DNA from: Anaerolineae bacterium
GTDB taxonomy: Bacteria > Chloroflexota > Anaerolineae > Anaerolineales > UBA4823
DNA: 64,000 bases
NCBI GenBank assembly: GCA_037439525.1
Contig: JBBIVW010000007.1
Coordinates: 13,302-77,301 of the forward strand
Direction of reading: 5' to 3'
Positions 31,227-42,236 of the stretch are shown one piece after another. The notes under the pieces are model-generated. The model saw only the letters and a program-made list of their open reading frames with translations. It searched no databases and was not told where the DNA came from. Within the stretch, counting starts at the first letter, position 1; every line of letters begins with the position of its first letter. A program made the position numbers and the translations under genes.

Positions 31227-32501
31227 TCACGGGGAGGCTTCAGCTACGGCTGCCTGCAATTGCTCGTAAGACCACATCCAGGCGATGCGCTTGAGGAACG
31301 CTGCCAGCGAGGGGCTTTGTGCGCGCAAGGCGCGCACTGCCGCGCCCACCGGGTCTTCTCCGGCGGCTCCACCGGGTTCGTCTGCGTATGCGCCGTAAAA
31401 AGCGAAATATGCCTGGTTCAGTTTACGTAAGTGACGATAGCCGTTCTCCCAAAAGATGCGCCGGCGCATTTCCATGTAAGCTTCTGCCTCCTCGATTTTC
31501 CCTTCTGCCAATAACTGATCTACGGTCACGCGCGTCAGATGCATTTCGCGGCGAAAATCAAACGCGGGTGGTTGGGTCTCGGGTGTGGGCGTTGGAGGTG
31601 GTGTAGGGGGAGGAGGGGGAGGGAGAAGTTCAGCGTAGAAAAGCTCCAAAACCTTAAGGGCTATTTCTTTTCCCGCAATGCTCGCGGCTGTCTCGTTCAT
31701 CACGCGCAGCTCTGCACTGGACATGTAGCTCATCCCCAAAGGATGCAAAGTTAGGTAGTTGTGCACCCACTCATGCGCAACCACCTCACTCAACCAATCC
31801 AGGCTGCTCGTCTGTTGCACCATCGTGGGGTATGTCCCCACTCCACCGATTTTGACCACAAGTGAGGACACGTTGAGTGCCTGATCCACTTTTTCTTCCA
31901 GTGCGATTTGTTCTTCCAGGCTCAGTTCAGGGATCAGAGAGAGGTTGGCGTCCTGGCGGATAACCTCGCGCGGGCTGACGATAAGCGCCAGGGGAAGGGG
32001 CGTGGCATGATACAACACCGGAGGTATGGGCTGGCCCAGGAAGGTGAGGCCTAATTGAGAAACGGCATAGCTGATCTGCTCTTGGAGAATGGACTCGGCT
32101 AAAGGGGCAAGCTTCTGCCTTTGCGCCTCAAAGTCGCGGAGCTTGGCTCGCAAAGGCGCGGAGGCTAGGGCGGGGTTGCTGATCTCTGGAGACGCGTACA
32201 GCATTTCCAGGTCTCTTTCGGCGTTTTGAATATTAGCAATCAATTCCATATATTCCAATACCAGTCGGCGATGAGCGTCCATGGGGAGATAAGCCGCAGA
32301 GCCAAGCGAGGATTCAAGCAGCTTGATCTGTAAAGCTTTCAGTGTCCAGGAGGCGTAATCGAATTCCAGCTGGCGCGTAAAGGCGCGCACCCTTTCTACC
32401 TTATTGGTAAGTTGAATCAGGCTGCTATTGAGTGTCAGCATCCCAAAGAGCAGGAGGGCGATGAGACGCGCGCTACTCTCCCAAGAAATGTTTGTCTTCA
32501 T
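31227..32501 (-). CDS. Putative membrane-anchored zinc metallopeptidase (aminopeptidase-like)
   Basis: N-terminal TM, HEWVH plus downstream NE, 'KLNQAYFAFYGAY'. Confidence 0.65.
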   Translation of the reverse strand: MKTNISWESSARLIALLLFGMLTLNSSLIQLTNKVERVRAFTRQLEFDYASWTLKALQIKLLESSLGSAAYLPMDAHRRLVLEYMELIANIQNAERDLEMLYASPEISNPALASAPLRAKLRDFEAQRQKLAPLAESILQEQISYAVSQLGLTFLGQPIPPVLYHATPLPLALIVSPREVIRQDANLSLIPELSLEEQIALEEKVDQALNVSSLVVKIGGVGTYPTMVQQTSSLDWLSEVVAHEWVHNYLTLHPLGMSYMSSAELRVMNETAASIAGKEIALKVLELFYAELLPPPPPPTPPPTPTPETQPPAFDFRREMHLTRVTVDQLLAEGKIEEAEAYMEMRRRIFWENGYRHLRKLNQAYFAFYGAYADEPGGAAGEDPVGAAVRALRAQSPSLAAFLKRIAWMWSYEQLQAAVAEASP

Positions 32502-32602
32502 CGCCTGGGATTTTATCATAGCGCCATTCTGCTTCTGCTGTGGTGCCCATGCTATAATTCCGATGACGATGTAAAAATCCGAGAGAATCGAATAAGGATA
32601 AA

Positions 32603-33562
32603 ATGAATTTCTTAATCACAGGCGCTGCTGGCTTTCTCGGCTCTCATCTTGCCAATCATCTGGTGCGCGAAGGACACCAGGTGCGCGGGTTGGACGACCT
32701 TTCCACCGGCGATCCCTCATTGCTTTCCCCAGAGGTGCTTTTTACACGTGGAGATGTCAACGACCGCCCAAAGCTTTGGACGCTCCTCCAGGAAGTGGAT
32801 TGTGTTTACCACCTGGCGGCGCGCGTCTCTGTCCCCGAATCGGTGCTCTACCCACGGGAGTACAACGCCACAAATGTTGGAGGCACAGTCAGCCTTATGG
32901 AGGCGATGCGCGATGTAGGGGTGCGGCGTGTGGTGTTCATTTCCTCGGGTGCGGTCTACGGCGACCAGAGCGAGCAGCCTTTGAAAGAAACGGCCGTGCC
33001 CAACCCTCGTTCACCTTATGCAGTCTCTAAACTGGCTGCCGAGTATTATGTGCGCACCATTGGGGACCTGTGGGGCATTGAAACGGTTAGTTTGCGCGTC
33101 TTCAATGCCTATGGACCAGGTCAAAGGCTGCCTCCCTCGCATGCCCCGGTGATCCCATATTTTCTAAAGCAATTGTTGCGCGGAGGCACCATTGTCATGC
33201 ATGGCCAGGGAACACAAACGCGCGATTATGTGTATGTGGACGATGTCGCCAGCGCGATGATCTCCGCGGCGACAGCGCCAGGTATCAACCATTTGGTCAT
33301 TAATGTCGGTAGTGGTATGGAGACGAGCGTTCGAGATCTGGTGCGCTTGATGATGGAAGTTAGCGGGATGAAAGTAGAAGCGCTTCAGAACCCGCGTACC
33401 GATCCAGGGGTTTCGCGCATGTGCGCTGACCTCACCTTGGCACGCGAGAAACTGGGTTATGTCCCGCGCATTTCTCTTGAGCAGGGCTTACGCCTAACCC
33501 TGGAACGTGATGCCCGCTTTGCGGGCGAGCGGAAGCTCTATCTGAAGAAAGAGACGAGGTGA
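32603..33562 (+). CDS. NAD-dependent epimerase/dehydratase (UDP-sugar epimerase-like)
   Basis: TGAAGFLG, SSGAVYG, YAVSK, FNAYGPG, RDYVYVDD. Confidence 0.92.
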   Translation: MNFLITGAAGFLGSHLANHLVREGHQVRGLDDLSTGDPSLLSPEVLFTRGDVNDRPKLWTLLQEVDCVYHLAARVSVPESVLYPREYNATNVGGTVSLMEAMRDVGVRRVVFISSGAVYGDQSEQPLKETAVPNPRSPYAVSKLAAEYYVRTIGDLWGIETVSLRVFNAYGPGQRLPPSHAPVIPYFLKQLLRGGTIVMHGQGTQTRDYVYVDDVASAMISAATAPGINHLVINVGSGMETSVRDLVRLMMEVSGMKVEALQNPRTDPGVSRMCADLTLAREKLGYVPRISLEQGLRLTLERDARFAGERKLYLKKETR

Positions 33563-33634
33563 AGCTTGCCCTGTGCGAACAGCCGCCTCGACAAAATGTA
33601 AGGTAAATGGTTTTAGTTCTGGGAGGGTGTAAAG

Positions 33635-34915
33635 ATGGGTGTCACCGCAGTTGTCGGCGCACAGTGGGGGGATGAGGCGAAAGGCAAATTTGTCGACTTG
33701 TTGGCGAAAGACGCAGATTTGGTCGCCAGGTTCAACGGGGGGGACAATGCCGGCCATACTGTGGTTAACGAGTGGGGCACTTTCAAACTCCGCCTCACTC
33801 CAACGGGATTGTTCAACCCTAAAACGCTGTGCGCCATTGGTCCAGGAGTAGTGGTCAATCTAGAAACGCTCATTCAAGAGATTTCAGCCATTCAGAGCAG
33901 CGGCGTCCAAGTCGAAGGCCGCTTGTGGATCTCCCCGCGCTGTCATGTGGTCATGCCATATCATCCCATGCTCGAAGAGATTTATGAAAAAGCCAGGGGC
34001 GCGAGGCGCACTGCGACGACGAAACGCGGCATGGGACCGGTGTTTGCAGATAAGGTGAGTTATAACGGCATTCGGCTGTACGACTTGCAGAATGAGGCAA
34101 CCTTTGCCGAGAAATTGCGCCTCCAGTTAGCCATTAAAGACCCTCTCCTTAACGCTTTTGGTATGCCGGAACTAGACTTTGATGCGGTTTTCCAGGAAAA
34201 GCTCGCTCAATATGCACGCCTTCGTGAATTTGTGCGCGAACCTTTTCCAAAGGTGCAAGAGGTTCTGGCGCAGGGAGGGTCAATCCTTCTTGAAGGTGCA
34301 CAAGGTGCTTTGCTGGACAACAATTGGGGCACCTACCCATACTGCACGGCTTCGATTACCCTGGCAGGCGGCGCGTCGGCCGGGTTGGGCATTGCACCTG
34401 GCTTTATCACCCAGGTGATTGGAGTGGCTAAGGCTTATACCACGCGCGTTGGCGCTGGACCCATGCCGACTGAATTGCACGACGCCATCGGCGAGGCGCT
34501 CTTGTCTAGAGGTCAGGAATATGGCACCGTCACCGGCAGGCCGCGACGTTGTGGCTGGTTCGACGCCGAATTGGTGCGCTTCTCCGCCCAGTTGAATGGC
34601 TGCACCGCTTTGGCGCTTACCAAGCTGGATGTCCTGGATACCCTGCCCGTGGTAAAAATATGTATCGGTTATCGACACCCTCAAGGGGAGGATCGAATGG
34701 CGCACTATTGGGAGGGTGATGCACATTGGCTGGAACAATGCCAGCCACAATATCTCGAATTGCCCGGTTGGGAACGATCCACGCGCCAGGCGCGCCGCTT
34801 CGAGGAGCTGCCTGTACAAGCCAGGGATTATGTGCGCCGTATCGAAGAATTAACCGGCGTCCCCGTTAAATATATCTCTGTGGGTCCAGAACGAAACGAA
34901 ACCATCGAAGTCTAG
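33635..34915 (+). CDS. purA: Adenylosuccinate synthetase
   Basis: QWGDEAKGK, NAGHT, EGAQG, KAYTTRVG, TGRPRRCGW, TKLDVL. Confidence 0.96.
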   Translation: MGVTAVVGAQWGDEAKGKFVDLLAKDADLVARFNGGDNAGHTVVNEWGTFKLRLTPTGLFNPKTLCAIGPGVVVNLETLIQEISAIQSSGVQVEGRLWISPRCHVVMPYHPMLEEIYEKARGARRTATTKRGMGPVFADKVSYNGIRLYDLQNEATFAEKLRLQLAIKDPLLNAFGMPELDFDAVFQEKLAQYARLREFVREPFPKVQEVLAQGGSILLEGAQGALLDNNWGTYPYCTASITLAGGASAGLGIAPGFITQVIGVAKAYTTRVGAGPMPTELHDAIGEALLSRGQEYGTVTGRPRRCGWFDAELVRFSAQLNGCTALALTKLDVLDTLPVVKICIGYRHPQGEDRMAHYWEGDAHWLEQCQPQYLELPGWERSTRQARRFEELPVQARDYVRRIEELTGVPVKYISVGPERNETIEV

Positions 34916-36315
34916 AGGGTGGGATTTTCCAGGCGCGCTTTTATCTGCTGAGCGAGTTCCAGAGCGCGTTGCGGTGCATTGCCCACATAACGGCTGGCAT
35001 CCATGAGTTTGCCCACCTCGTTGGCGGGAAGAAAAGCCAGAATTGCTTCGTCCTTACTAAGCAAATCAACCAGCGGATTTTCGGCGCCTTGTTGGATAGC
35101 ACTCCAGGCTTGCAGGGCATGTTCTCTCAAGCGGGCGTGCATCGTCTGCCGATCGGCTCCAGCTTTTACTAAGTTCATGAGCAGGCGTTCGAGGGCTGCA
35201 AATGGAGCGTATCGCTCCAGGTTATGCTTCATCGCCAGTGGATGGAGTTGCAGCCCGCGTAGAATGATGGTGCTTCTTTCCGTGATTTCGTCGGCCATGA
35301 GAAATGCTTCGGGTAGCAGGCTACGACGATTGGCCGAATCGTCTAGCGTGCGCTCCAACAGGGAATGTGCCGCGTTATCCCAAGCCAGGCGAGGGAGTAG
35401 CGCCAGTTGTCGTGCCAGCGAGTCGATGTTTTCAGCCCCCACGGGGTTGCGTTTGAAAGGCATAGCCGAAGACCCTACCTGTTGCTCGCCAAACGGTTCA
35501 CTCCATTCCCCCAGCGATGGGGATTGTAAGAACCTTAAATCGAAAGCGAACTTGTAAAGGGAGGCGCCCAAGCCAGCCAGGGCGCTGATCAGGCGATAAT
35601 CTTGTTTGCGCGGGTACACCTGGGTCGTTATGGGGAAGAATTCAATCCCCAGCCGCTGAGCAAGGCGGCGTTCGAATGAAGCGAAACGCTCCGCTCCCAG
35701 GAGTTCAACAAACGAAGCCGCGCTGCCCACTGCGCCTTTGAAACCCTTGCCGCGCAGGAGCTGGCGTTGCCTGTTGAGCTCCTCCCAGTCGTCCAATAAA
35801 TCTTGTGCATAAGAAGCCAGACGGTAGCCCAGCGTAGTGGGTTCCGCGGGTTGGAGGTGAGTGAACGCTATGACCACTTCGTTTGCCTGGCGTTCGACCC
35901 AATCGGCGAATTCCAAAAGTAGATCGCTGAGCTTTTCCAAGAGCAGATCCAAAGAACGGCGCATGCGTATCACATCGGCATTGTCTTGAATATCTGCAGA
36001 GGTGGCGCCTAGGTGTAATACTCCCCCGCCTGTTGAAGCCTGCTCTGCGAAGACGGAAAGCTCCGCCATCAGGTCATGGTGCAGTTGTTTTTCTTTTTCT
36101 AAGGCGCGAGAGAGATCGACAGCATCTACCTGACTGCGCAAAGGCTCCAGTTTCTCCGAAGGAATGAGTCCGAACTCTGCTTGAACTTCTGCCAAAGCCA
36201 ACCAGATCTGACGCCAGAGCTTTCTTTTATACACTTCACCCCACAGATGGCGCATTTCTTGACTGCCGTAACGCCAGGTAAAAGGCGATCGATAACCTTC
36301 GTGATTTTCTTGCAT
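34912..36315 (-). CDS. purB: Adenylosuccinate lyase
   Basis: HLGATS, THLQPA, GSSAMPFKRNP, ERTLDDSA. Confidence 0.96.
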   Translation of the reverse strand: MQENHEGYRSPFTWRYGSQEMRHLWGEVYKRKLWRQIWLALAEVQAEFGLIPSEKLEPLRSQVDAVDLSRALEKEKQLHHDLMAELSVFAEQASTGGGVLHLGATSADIQDNADVIRMRRSLDLLLEKLSDLLLEFADWVERQANEVVIAFTHLQPAEPTTLGYRLASYAQDLLDDWEELNRQRQLLRGKGFKGAVGSAASFVELLGAERFASFERRLAQRLGIEFFPITTQVYPRKQDYRLISALAGLGASLYKFAFDLRFLQSPSLGEWSEPFGEQQVGSSAMPFKRNPVGAENIDSLARQLALLPRLAWDNAAHSLLERTLDDSANRRSLLPEAFLMADEITERSTIILRGLQLHPLAMKHNLERYAPFAALERLLMNLVKAGADRQTMHARLREHALQAWSAIQQGAENPLVDLLSKDEAILAFLPANEVGKLMDASRYVGNAPQRALELAQQIKARLENPTL

Positions 36316-36450
36316 GTGATTAATTATAGCGGCAAACGCGTTCTGCAGAATGGTATAAAATTAGAGCCTGGTTTTGCCCAATCGAAGTACCTGTTATGGA
36401 TCATCGAATGTGCCCCATGGGCGCAATAAAGCCCAAACTGAGGTTGCAGA

Positions 36451-37104
36451 ATGCCATTGACATCAGGAGGACGCATTCCCCGAGAATTCTTTGAGGACCA
36501 TGCCTGCGTGGTAGCGCGCAAGTTGCTGGGGCAGAGGCTGGTGCGCATTTTAGATGGGGTGCGCCTCGCAGGGGTGGTTGTTGAAACCGAAGCTTATCGC
36601 GGAGAAGAGGATCTGGGTTGTCATTGCCGCCATGGACGCACGCCGCGCACGTCGGTGATGTATGGGCCGGCGGGTTTCGCTTACGTTTATTTCACCTATG
36701 GGATGCATTGGATGTTCAACATTGTGGTTGAGAGAGATGGATTTCCCGCCGCGGTGCTCATCCGCGCATTGCTTCCGATGGAAGGGCTTGACCGGATGGC
36801 TGAACACCGCCGAGAAAAGCCTATGGCGCGCTGGGCAGATGGACCTGCCAAGCTGTGTCAAGCCCTTTCCATCGATGGTAAGTTGAATGGCAGTGATCTT
36901 TGTGCCCCAAAGGCGCAATTGTTCCTCGAATGGGGACAACCAATTCCGGATTCTCGCGTGACCACCACGCCGCGCGTGGGTTTAAACAGTGTACCAGAAC
37001 CCTGGAAAAGCATTCCCTGGCGCTATCTGGTTTCAGATTGGCAAGCGGACTTACCGAGGGAATTGAATATCACCAGCGAAACAGACTATTGGAGGAAGCG
37101 ATGA
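36451..37104 (+). CDS. DNA-3-methyladenine glycosylase (AAG/MPG family)
   Basis: [34 protein letters not shown]. Confidence 0.93.
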   Translation: MPLTSGGRIPREFFEDHACVVARKLLGQRLVRILDGVRLAGVVVETEAYRGEEDLGCHCRHGRTPRTSVMYGPAGFAYVYFTYGMHWMFNIVVERDGFPAAVLIRALLPMEGLDRMAEHRREKPMARWADGPAKLCQALSIDGKLNGSDLCAPKAQLFLEWGQPIPDSRVTTTPRVGLNSVPEPWKSIPWRYLVSDWQADLPRELNITSETDYWRKR

Positions 37105-37886
37105 AACTTTTAGAAGGAAAGACTGCCCTTGTTTTTGGAGTTGCCAATGAGCGTTCCATCGCCTGGGGAATCACCCAGGCTTTTCATCATCATGGGGCAA
37201 CCATTGGTTTGAGCTACGCCGGTGAGGCTCTGGAGCGCAGAGTCAGACCTCTGGCCGAAACGATCGGTTGCGGGTTTGTCGAGCCATGTGACGTGTCGCA
37301 AGATACACAGATTGAACAGGTAGCCCGCAAGGCACAGGAAGCTTTTGGTAAGGTGGATATCCTCGTCCATTCGATAGGTTATGCCAACCGCGAGGAGTTG
37401 AAAGGCCCTTACTACAATACCTCTCGAGAGGGCTTTCATCTGGCTATGGATATCAGCGTGTATTCTTTTACCGCTTTGGCGAAGGCTTTTCAGTCGCTCA
37501 TACCCTCAGGGGGCGCCTTGCTTACCATGACTTATTATGGTTCTGAAAAAGTTGCTCCGCATTACAACGTGATGGGGGTAGCCAAGGCAGCATTAGAGGC
37601 TTCGGTGCGTTATCTGGCTTATGATTTTGGCCCGCGCAATGTTCGGGTTAACGCCATTTCTGCCGGGCCAATTCGCACCCTGGCAGCGGCGGGTGTCTCC
37701 GGCTTCAAAACCATGTATCGTAAGTTCACAGAAATTGCGCCGATGCAACAGGGTGTAACCATCGAAGACGTGGGCAATGCCGCTGCCTTTCTTTGTTCAG
37801 ATTTGGCTGCCAAAACCACGGGGCATGTGTTTTATGTAGATTCGGGTTACAATATTTTGGGTATACCCGAATCTGTCGAGGAATGA
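37101..37886 (+). CDS. fabI: Enoyl-ACP reductase
   Basis: [34 protein letters not shown]; GGAGG RBS. Confidence 0.96.
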   Translation: MKLLEGKTALVFGVANERSIAWGITQAFHHHGATIGLSYAGEALERRVRPLAETIGCGFVEPCDVSQDTQIEQVARKAQEAFGKVDILVHSIGYANREELKGPYYNTSREGFHLAMDISVYSFTALAKAFQSLIPSGGALLTMTYYGSEKVAPHYNVMGVAKAALEASVRYLAYDFGPRNVRVNAISAGPIRTLAAAGVSGFKTMYRKFTEIAPMQQGVTIEDVGNAAAFLCSDLAAKTTGHVFYVDSGYNILGIPESVEE

Positions 37887-37893
37887 GTGGAAG

Positions 37894-38370
37894 ATGTTTC
37901 GAAAGAAAAGTGAGGCGCCCCCACCCCCCGAAAAGCTTCTGGTGACCGAGCGCGTCACCTCGGTGCTTGGGCCTGGAATTGTTTGGAAGGGGAGTTTGAG
38001 TGGCAGCGGTGGCGTACGTATCGAAGGCGCATTCGATGGTGAGATCGAACTGCGCGGGTTGCTTGTCATTGGAAGCAGTGGTAGAGTTACCTGCTCTCAC
38101 ATACGCGCTAAAGTAGTCATCGTTGCCGGAGCAGTGCAGGGAGACATTACTGCGGAGAAGGTCGAAATCCGCTCAACGGGCAGAGTTTGGGGAAATGTGG
38201 TCACCGCTGCCTTTGCCACCGAGGAAGGCGCCTTCATGCGCGGTCAAATCCGCATGGAAGATGAGCTAGACCTGGATACCTTCTTGCCTGCCTCTGCACC
38301 TCCAATAGCCGTTGAGGTTGATGCGGAGGAGGCTACCCAGGCTACACAAGGCACAGGGCTCGAAGAATAA
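37894..38370 (+). CDS. Bactofilin (polymer-forming cytoskeletal protein)
   Basis: Beta-helical repeats: GSL...VRIEG.FDGEI, G.V.GDI.A..VEI...GRV.GNV, EGAFMRG. Confidence 0.9.
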   Translation: MFRKKSEAPPPPEKLLVTERVTSVLGPGIVWKGSLSGSGGVRIEGAFDGEIELRGLLVIGSSGRVTCSHIRAKVVIVAGAVQGDITAEKVEIRSTGRVWGNVVTAAFATEEGAFMRGQIRMEDELDLDTFLPASAPPIAVEVDAEEATQATQGTGLEE

Positions 38371-38485
38371 ATCGTTGCAGGGAGGGGGAATCGCAGAGAT
38401 TATTTAGCATGGGGATGAGCAGGTTCATCCCGTCTAAGCAGGGTAAGCGGCCGACTTCCAATTCAGAGGGTGGCTTGAGGCGTTA

Positions 38486-39988
38486 TTAGGGAGTTTGCGT
38501 GGATTGCTCTGTGCCTTCTAAGCCATCCGTAAATTGCCCACTGTGCAGCTCATCCGCTGTGAGCTCTAAATAGGCGAGCAGATTTGGCACTTGGTCGATC
38601 GAGAAATACGCGCGAAAGAGTTGAGTCGCCGCGTCTTGCAATGCCCAGCGTACGGTGCTCCAGGAACGATAGGGAGGTTCTGCTCTGGCTTGTGTGAGCA
38701 TTTCTACAGCTGAGAACCATTGGGGGTGAGCGCGGGCATATCCCTCCAAAGCCTGCGTTGTTGTGGCATCAAGCGGAAAGCTGCCATCTACAGAGATCAG
38801 GCGCACCTGATTGGTTGTTTGCATCAACCACTTTAGCCAAACCCAGCTGGCCAATTGTTGTTCGGGTGGACTGGCAAATATGTAATATGATAGTCCATAG
38901 ACATCCAGCGCTGGGGAGAGGTTCGGAGAGGGGTAGGGGATTACTCGCCATGTGTCATGGCTGTCTCTCTTGCGGAAAGCTTCTTCCAGATAAGGCAAAT
39001 CTAAAAGGCTGAAATGGGCAAAAAGCCCCTTTCGCTCGGCGAACTCCGCAACGGGATAGGAGGTGGCTGCTTCCCAGGCGCAGCCAGAATCCCACAAACC
39101 TCTCAAGAAGCTGAAGGTTTGCTCCATTTCGGGGGTATCAAACTGATATATGCTTTCTTCGCCGCCTTCCTCCCCTTGAAAGGTGATCTCTGCGCCGAAA
39201 GAATATGCCCAACTCAAAATCGTTGCATAGTCGGTGGAGACAATCCAGCCTCCCAAGCCGTCATTGCTTGGGTCTTCATCCTCCAGATAGTAATTCGCTG
39301 CGGCACAGGCTTGCTTTTCGAATTCTTCGGGAGTTTGAGGGGGGTCTTTAAAGCCGAGCAATTGCGCCCAGCTTTGGTTATACAAGAGAAGTTGTGCGGA
39401 CCTCTGTGCAGGGATGCCCAGGCGTGCCGACCCTACGCACTCTTGCTCCCAAAATGGGGTGATGATTCCTTTTTGTTGTTCTGCCTCTAGGCCCCATTGC
39501 GCGTCTTGCAGGTACACTTCGAGGTCAACCAGCGCATGGCTCTCGTTCCAACTTAAGGCTTGATGGAGGTAGCCCACTGCCACATTGGGCGCTTCACCGT
39601 TAGCTATTGCCGCGCGGATAAGCTCATCGAGTTCATCTACATTGCCCTGATACTTCGCGACAACGAAAATCCCCCATTCATTTTGCAGGTTGAATTCCTC
39701 AGCCAATTGTGCCAGGATAATACCTCTGGCGCCTGACCAGGGGTGCCAGAATTGCACCATTTGCCCGCGCAATTCTTCGGGGGAAACCAAAATGGCGCGG
39801 GTAGGGATTAGCGTTGGCGTTAGGGTTGGCTCAGGCGTCATTCGAGCGGGGGTTGAGGAGCCTTCTGTGGCAGTTGACCGCGTTGAGTCCGGTGTGAAGG
39901 AAGCGGGTTCTACTCCCTGGCAGGCGATAATCAAGCCAGACAATAGGATGGCGACCAGCAGCGCTCTAAACAATTTTTTTGAGGGCAT
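38486..39988 (-). CDS. ABC transporter extracellular solute-binding lipoprotein (sugar/UgpB-like)
   Basis: Lipobox IIAC, PT-rich linker, FWHPW, LLYN, ASWVWLKWL. Confidence 0.8.
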   Translation of the reverse strand: MPSKKLFRALLVAILLSGLIIACQGVEPASFTPDSTRSTATEGSSTPARMTPEPTLTPTLIPTRAILVSPEELRGQMVQFWHPWSGARGIILAQLAEEFNLQNEWGIFVVAKYQGNVDELDELIRAAIANGEAPNVAVGYLHQALSWNESHALVDLEVYLQDAQWGLEAEQQKGIITPFWEQECVGSARLGIPAQRSAQLLLYNQSWAQLLGFKDPPQTPEEFEKQACAAANYYLEDEDPSNDGLGGWIVSTDYATILSWAYSFGAEITFQGEEGGEESIYQFDTPEMEQTFSFLRGLWDSGCAWEAATSYPVAEFAERKGLFAHFSLLDLPYLEEAFRKRDSHDTWRVIPYPSPNLSPALDVYGLSYYIFASPPEQQLASWVWLKWLMQTTNQVRLISVDGSFPLDATTTQALEGYARAHPQWFSAVEMLTQARAEPPYRSWSTVRWALQDAATQLFRAYFSIDQVPNLLAYLELTADELHSGQFTDGLEGTEQSTQTP

Positions 39989-40258
39989 TTCCTCGTCCGT
40001 TTGATATAGAGTGTCAGGCTTCAAGTTTATCACTAGTTGGGGGAATTCCTGCGCCGAAGGGTTGCCTCAAAGCAGGCACATGGGCTATTTCTGCATGGCG
40101 AGCCTTAGGTGGTCTTGCGGTGCGATGGGGATTTCTCGCCCTCATCTACCTCTACAAGCCAATTGTAGCCAGGTTGTAAGGCAGCCTCGCTCCTGGGTGG
40201 CTTTGGAACGGGCTCTATGACATGCAAAAGCAGAAAGGGAGGCAGTCTATTCGTCCGT

Positions 40259-40293
40259 AAAAAAGGCGGGTCAGGCAAGCAGCCTTGACCCGC
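40259..40293 (-). terminator. Rho-independent terminator of dnaK
   Basis: GCGGGTCAAGGC/GCCTGACCCGC stem followed by T6 on the minus strand. Confidence 0.8.
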
Positions 40294-40337
40294 TAAAGAC
40301 TGGTAATTTTACACAGATCAGCATCCAGAAACGCGGA

Positions 40338-42236
40338 TCACTTCTCAGTGAATTCGCCCTCAATGACTTCGCCTTCGTCCTCGCGCCTTGTGGCGCCGTG
40401 CCCATTACCACCGGGGCGCGCCCCGCTGCTGGCTTGTTGAGCGTAAAGCTGCTGGCTTAGGGCATGAAAGGCGTTCTGCAGCTCTTCGCTCAGTTGTTTG
40501 ATATGTTGTGTGTTGTCGCCTTTGATCGCGCTGCGTAGGGCATCGAGTTTGTTATTGATCTTTTCGCGCTCGCCAAGCGGCACCTTGTCGCCCAATTCTT
40601 TGAGTGTCTTCTCCGTCTGGTAGATCAGATTATCCGCCAGATTGCGCGCCTCTGCCAGTTCTTTGCGCCGACGGTCCTCTGCCTCGTGCTCGCGCGCCTG
40701 CTGCACCATACGCTCGATTTCGTCTTTCGATAGGTTTGTAGATGCGGTGATGGTGACCTTCTGCTCTTTGCCGGTAGCCTTGTCCTTGGCAGTGACATTC
40801 AGGATGCCATTGGCGTCAATGTCGAAAGTCACTTCGATTTGTGGAACGCCGCGCGGCGCAGGGGGAATGCCCTCCAGGCGGAAGCGCCCCAAGCTCATGT
40901 TGTCCGCAGCCATTGGGCGTTCACCCTGGAGCACATGGATATCCACAGCAGTTTGGTTGTCCTCTGCGGTGGAGAAGACCTCGGTCTTTTTCACCGGGAT
41001 GGTGGTGTTGCGTTCAATCAGGGTGGTCATCACCCCTCCCAGAGTCTCAAGGCCTAACGAGAGCGGAGTGACATCCAGTAAAAGAACGTCCTTGACTTCA
41101 CCTGCCAATACGCCGGCTTGGATCGCCGCTCCAACGGCGACGACCTCATCGGGGTTCACTCCTTTGTGAGGTTCTTTATGGGTCAGCGAGCGCACCAGTT
41201 CCTGAACCATGGGCATGCGTGTTGCCCCGCCTACCAGCACAACCTCGTCCACTTCGCTGGCATTCAGGTTGGCGTCTTTGAGCGCGGCCTCGAAGGGACC
41301 CTTCAGGCGGGCAACGAGATGTTCGGTGAGTTGCTCGAACTTGGCACGGCTGAGTTTCGTCTGGAGGTGTTTTGGACCGCTGGCATCTGCGGTGATGTAT
41401 GGAAGGTTGATCTCCGTTTCCATCACCGAAGAGAGTTCGATTTTTGCCTTTTCGGCAGCCTCGCGTAAACGCTGAAGTGCCTGCCGATCTTCACGCAGGT
41501 CAATGCCCTCCTGTCTCTTGAATTCATCTGCCACCCAGTTGACAATCGCCTGATCCCAATCGTCGCCGCCCAGGTGCGTATCGCCGTTAGTGGCTTTAAC
41601 CTCGATGACGCCGTCGCCCACTTCCAGGATGCTCACGTCGAAGGTGCCACCGCCCAGGTCAAAGACCAGGATGGTTTCGTTTTCTTTTTTATCCAGGCCA
41701 TAGGCTAATGCCGCGGCTGTCGGCTCATTGATAATACGCAACACTTCCAGCCCGGCGATCTTGCCTGCGTCTTTCGTCGCTTGACGCTGGCTGTCGTTGA
41801 AATATGCCGGTACGGTGATCACTGCTTTAGTGATGGTTTCACCCAGATATGCTTCGGCATCGGTTTTCAGCTTTGCCAGGATCATGGCCGAGATTTCCTG
41901 AGGGCTGTATTCGCGGCCGGTAAGCGGGATTTTCACGCGCGCGTCCCCTGCCGGACCTCGCACCACCTGGTAAGAAACCATTTTCCGTTCTGTGGCGACT
42001 TCGTCATAGCGCCGCCCCATAAAGCGCTTGATAGAATAAATGGTGTTTTCCGGGTTGATCACCGCCTGGCGCTTGGCAGTTTGACCCACCAGACGCTCGC
42101 CGTTCTTGTTAAACGCCACGACCGAGGGCAAAAGGCGTGACCCTTCAGCGGTGGGGATGACGGTGGCATCGCCACCCTCGACCACTGCAACTACGCTGTT
42201 TGTCGTTCCTAAGTCAATACCGATGATCTTCGCCAT
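40338..42236 (-). CDS. dnaK: Molecular chaperone DnaK
   Basis: [44 protein letters not shown]. Confidence 0.99.
   Translation of the reverse strand: MAKIIGIDLGTTNSVVAVVEGGDATVIPTAEGSRLLPSVVAFNKNGERLVGQTAKRQAVINPENTIYSIKRFMGRRYDEVATERKMVSYQVVRGPAGDARVKIPLTGREYSPQEISAMILAKLKTDAEAYLGETITKAVITVPAYFNDSQRQATKDAGKIAGLEVLRIINEPTAAALAYGLDKKENETILVFDLGGGTFDVSILEVGDGVIEVKATNGDTHLGGDDWDQAIVNWVADEFKRQEGIDLREDRQALQRLREAAEKAKIELSSVMETEINLPYITADASGPKHLQTKLSRAKFEQLTEHLVARLKGPFEAALKDANLNASEVDEVVLVGGATRMPMVQELVRSLTHKEPHKGVNPDEVVAVGAAIQAGVLAGEVKDVLLLDVTPLSLGLETLGGVMTTLIERNTTIPVKKTEVFSTAEDNQTAVDIHVLQGERPMAADNMSLGRFRLEGIPPAPRGVPQIEVTFDIDANGILNVTAKDKATGKEQKVTITASTNLSKDEIERMVQQAREHEAEDRRRKELAEARNLADNLIYQTEKTLKELGDKVPLGEREKINNKLDALRSAIKGDNTQHIKQLSEELQNAFHALSQQLYAQQASSGARPGGNGHGATRREDEGEVIEGEFTEK

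Noticed and set aside
33635-34915. Divergent PurA motifs (GDEAKGK, TATTKRGMGP) suggesting PurZ (diaminopurine pathway)
   Set aside because: The catalytic Asp of GDE is retained (Ser in PurZ), TGRPRR is PurA-like, purB is adjacent and there is no phage context
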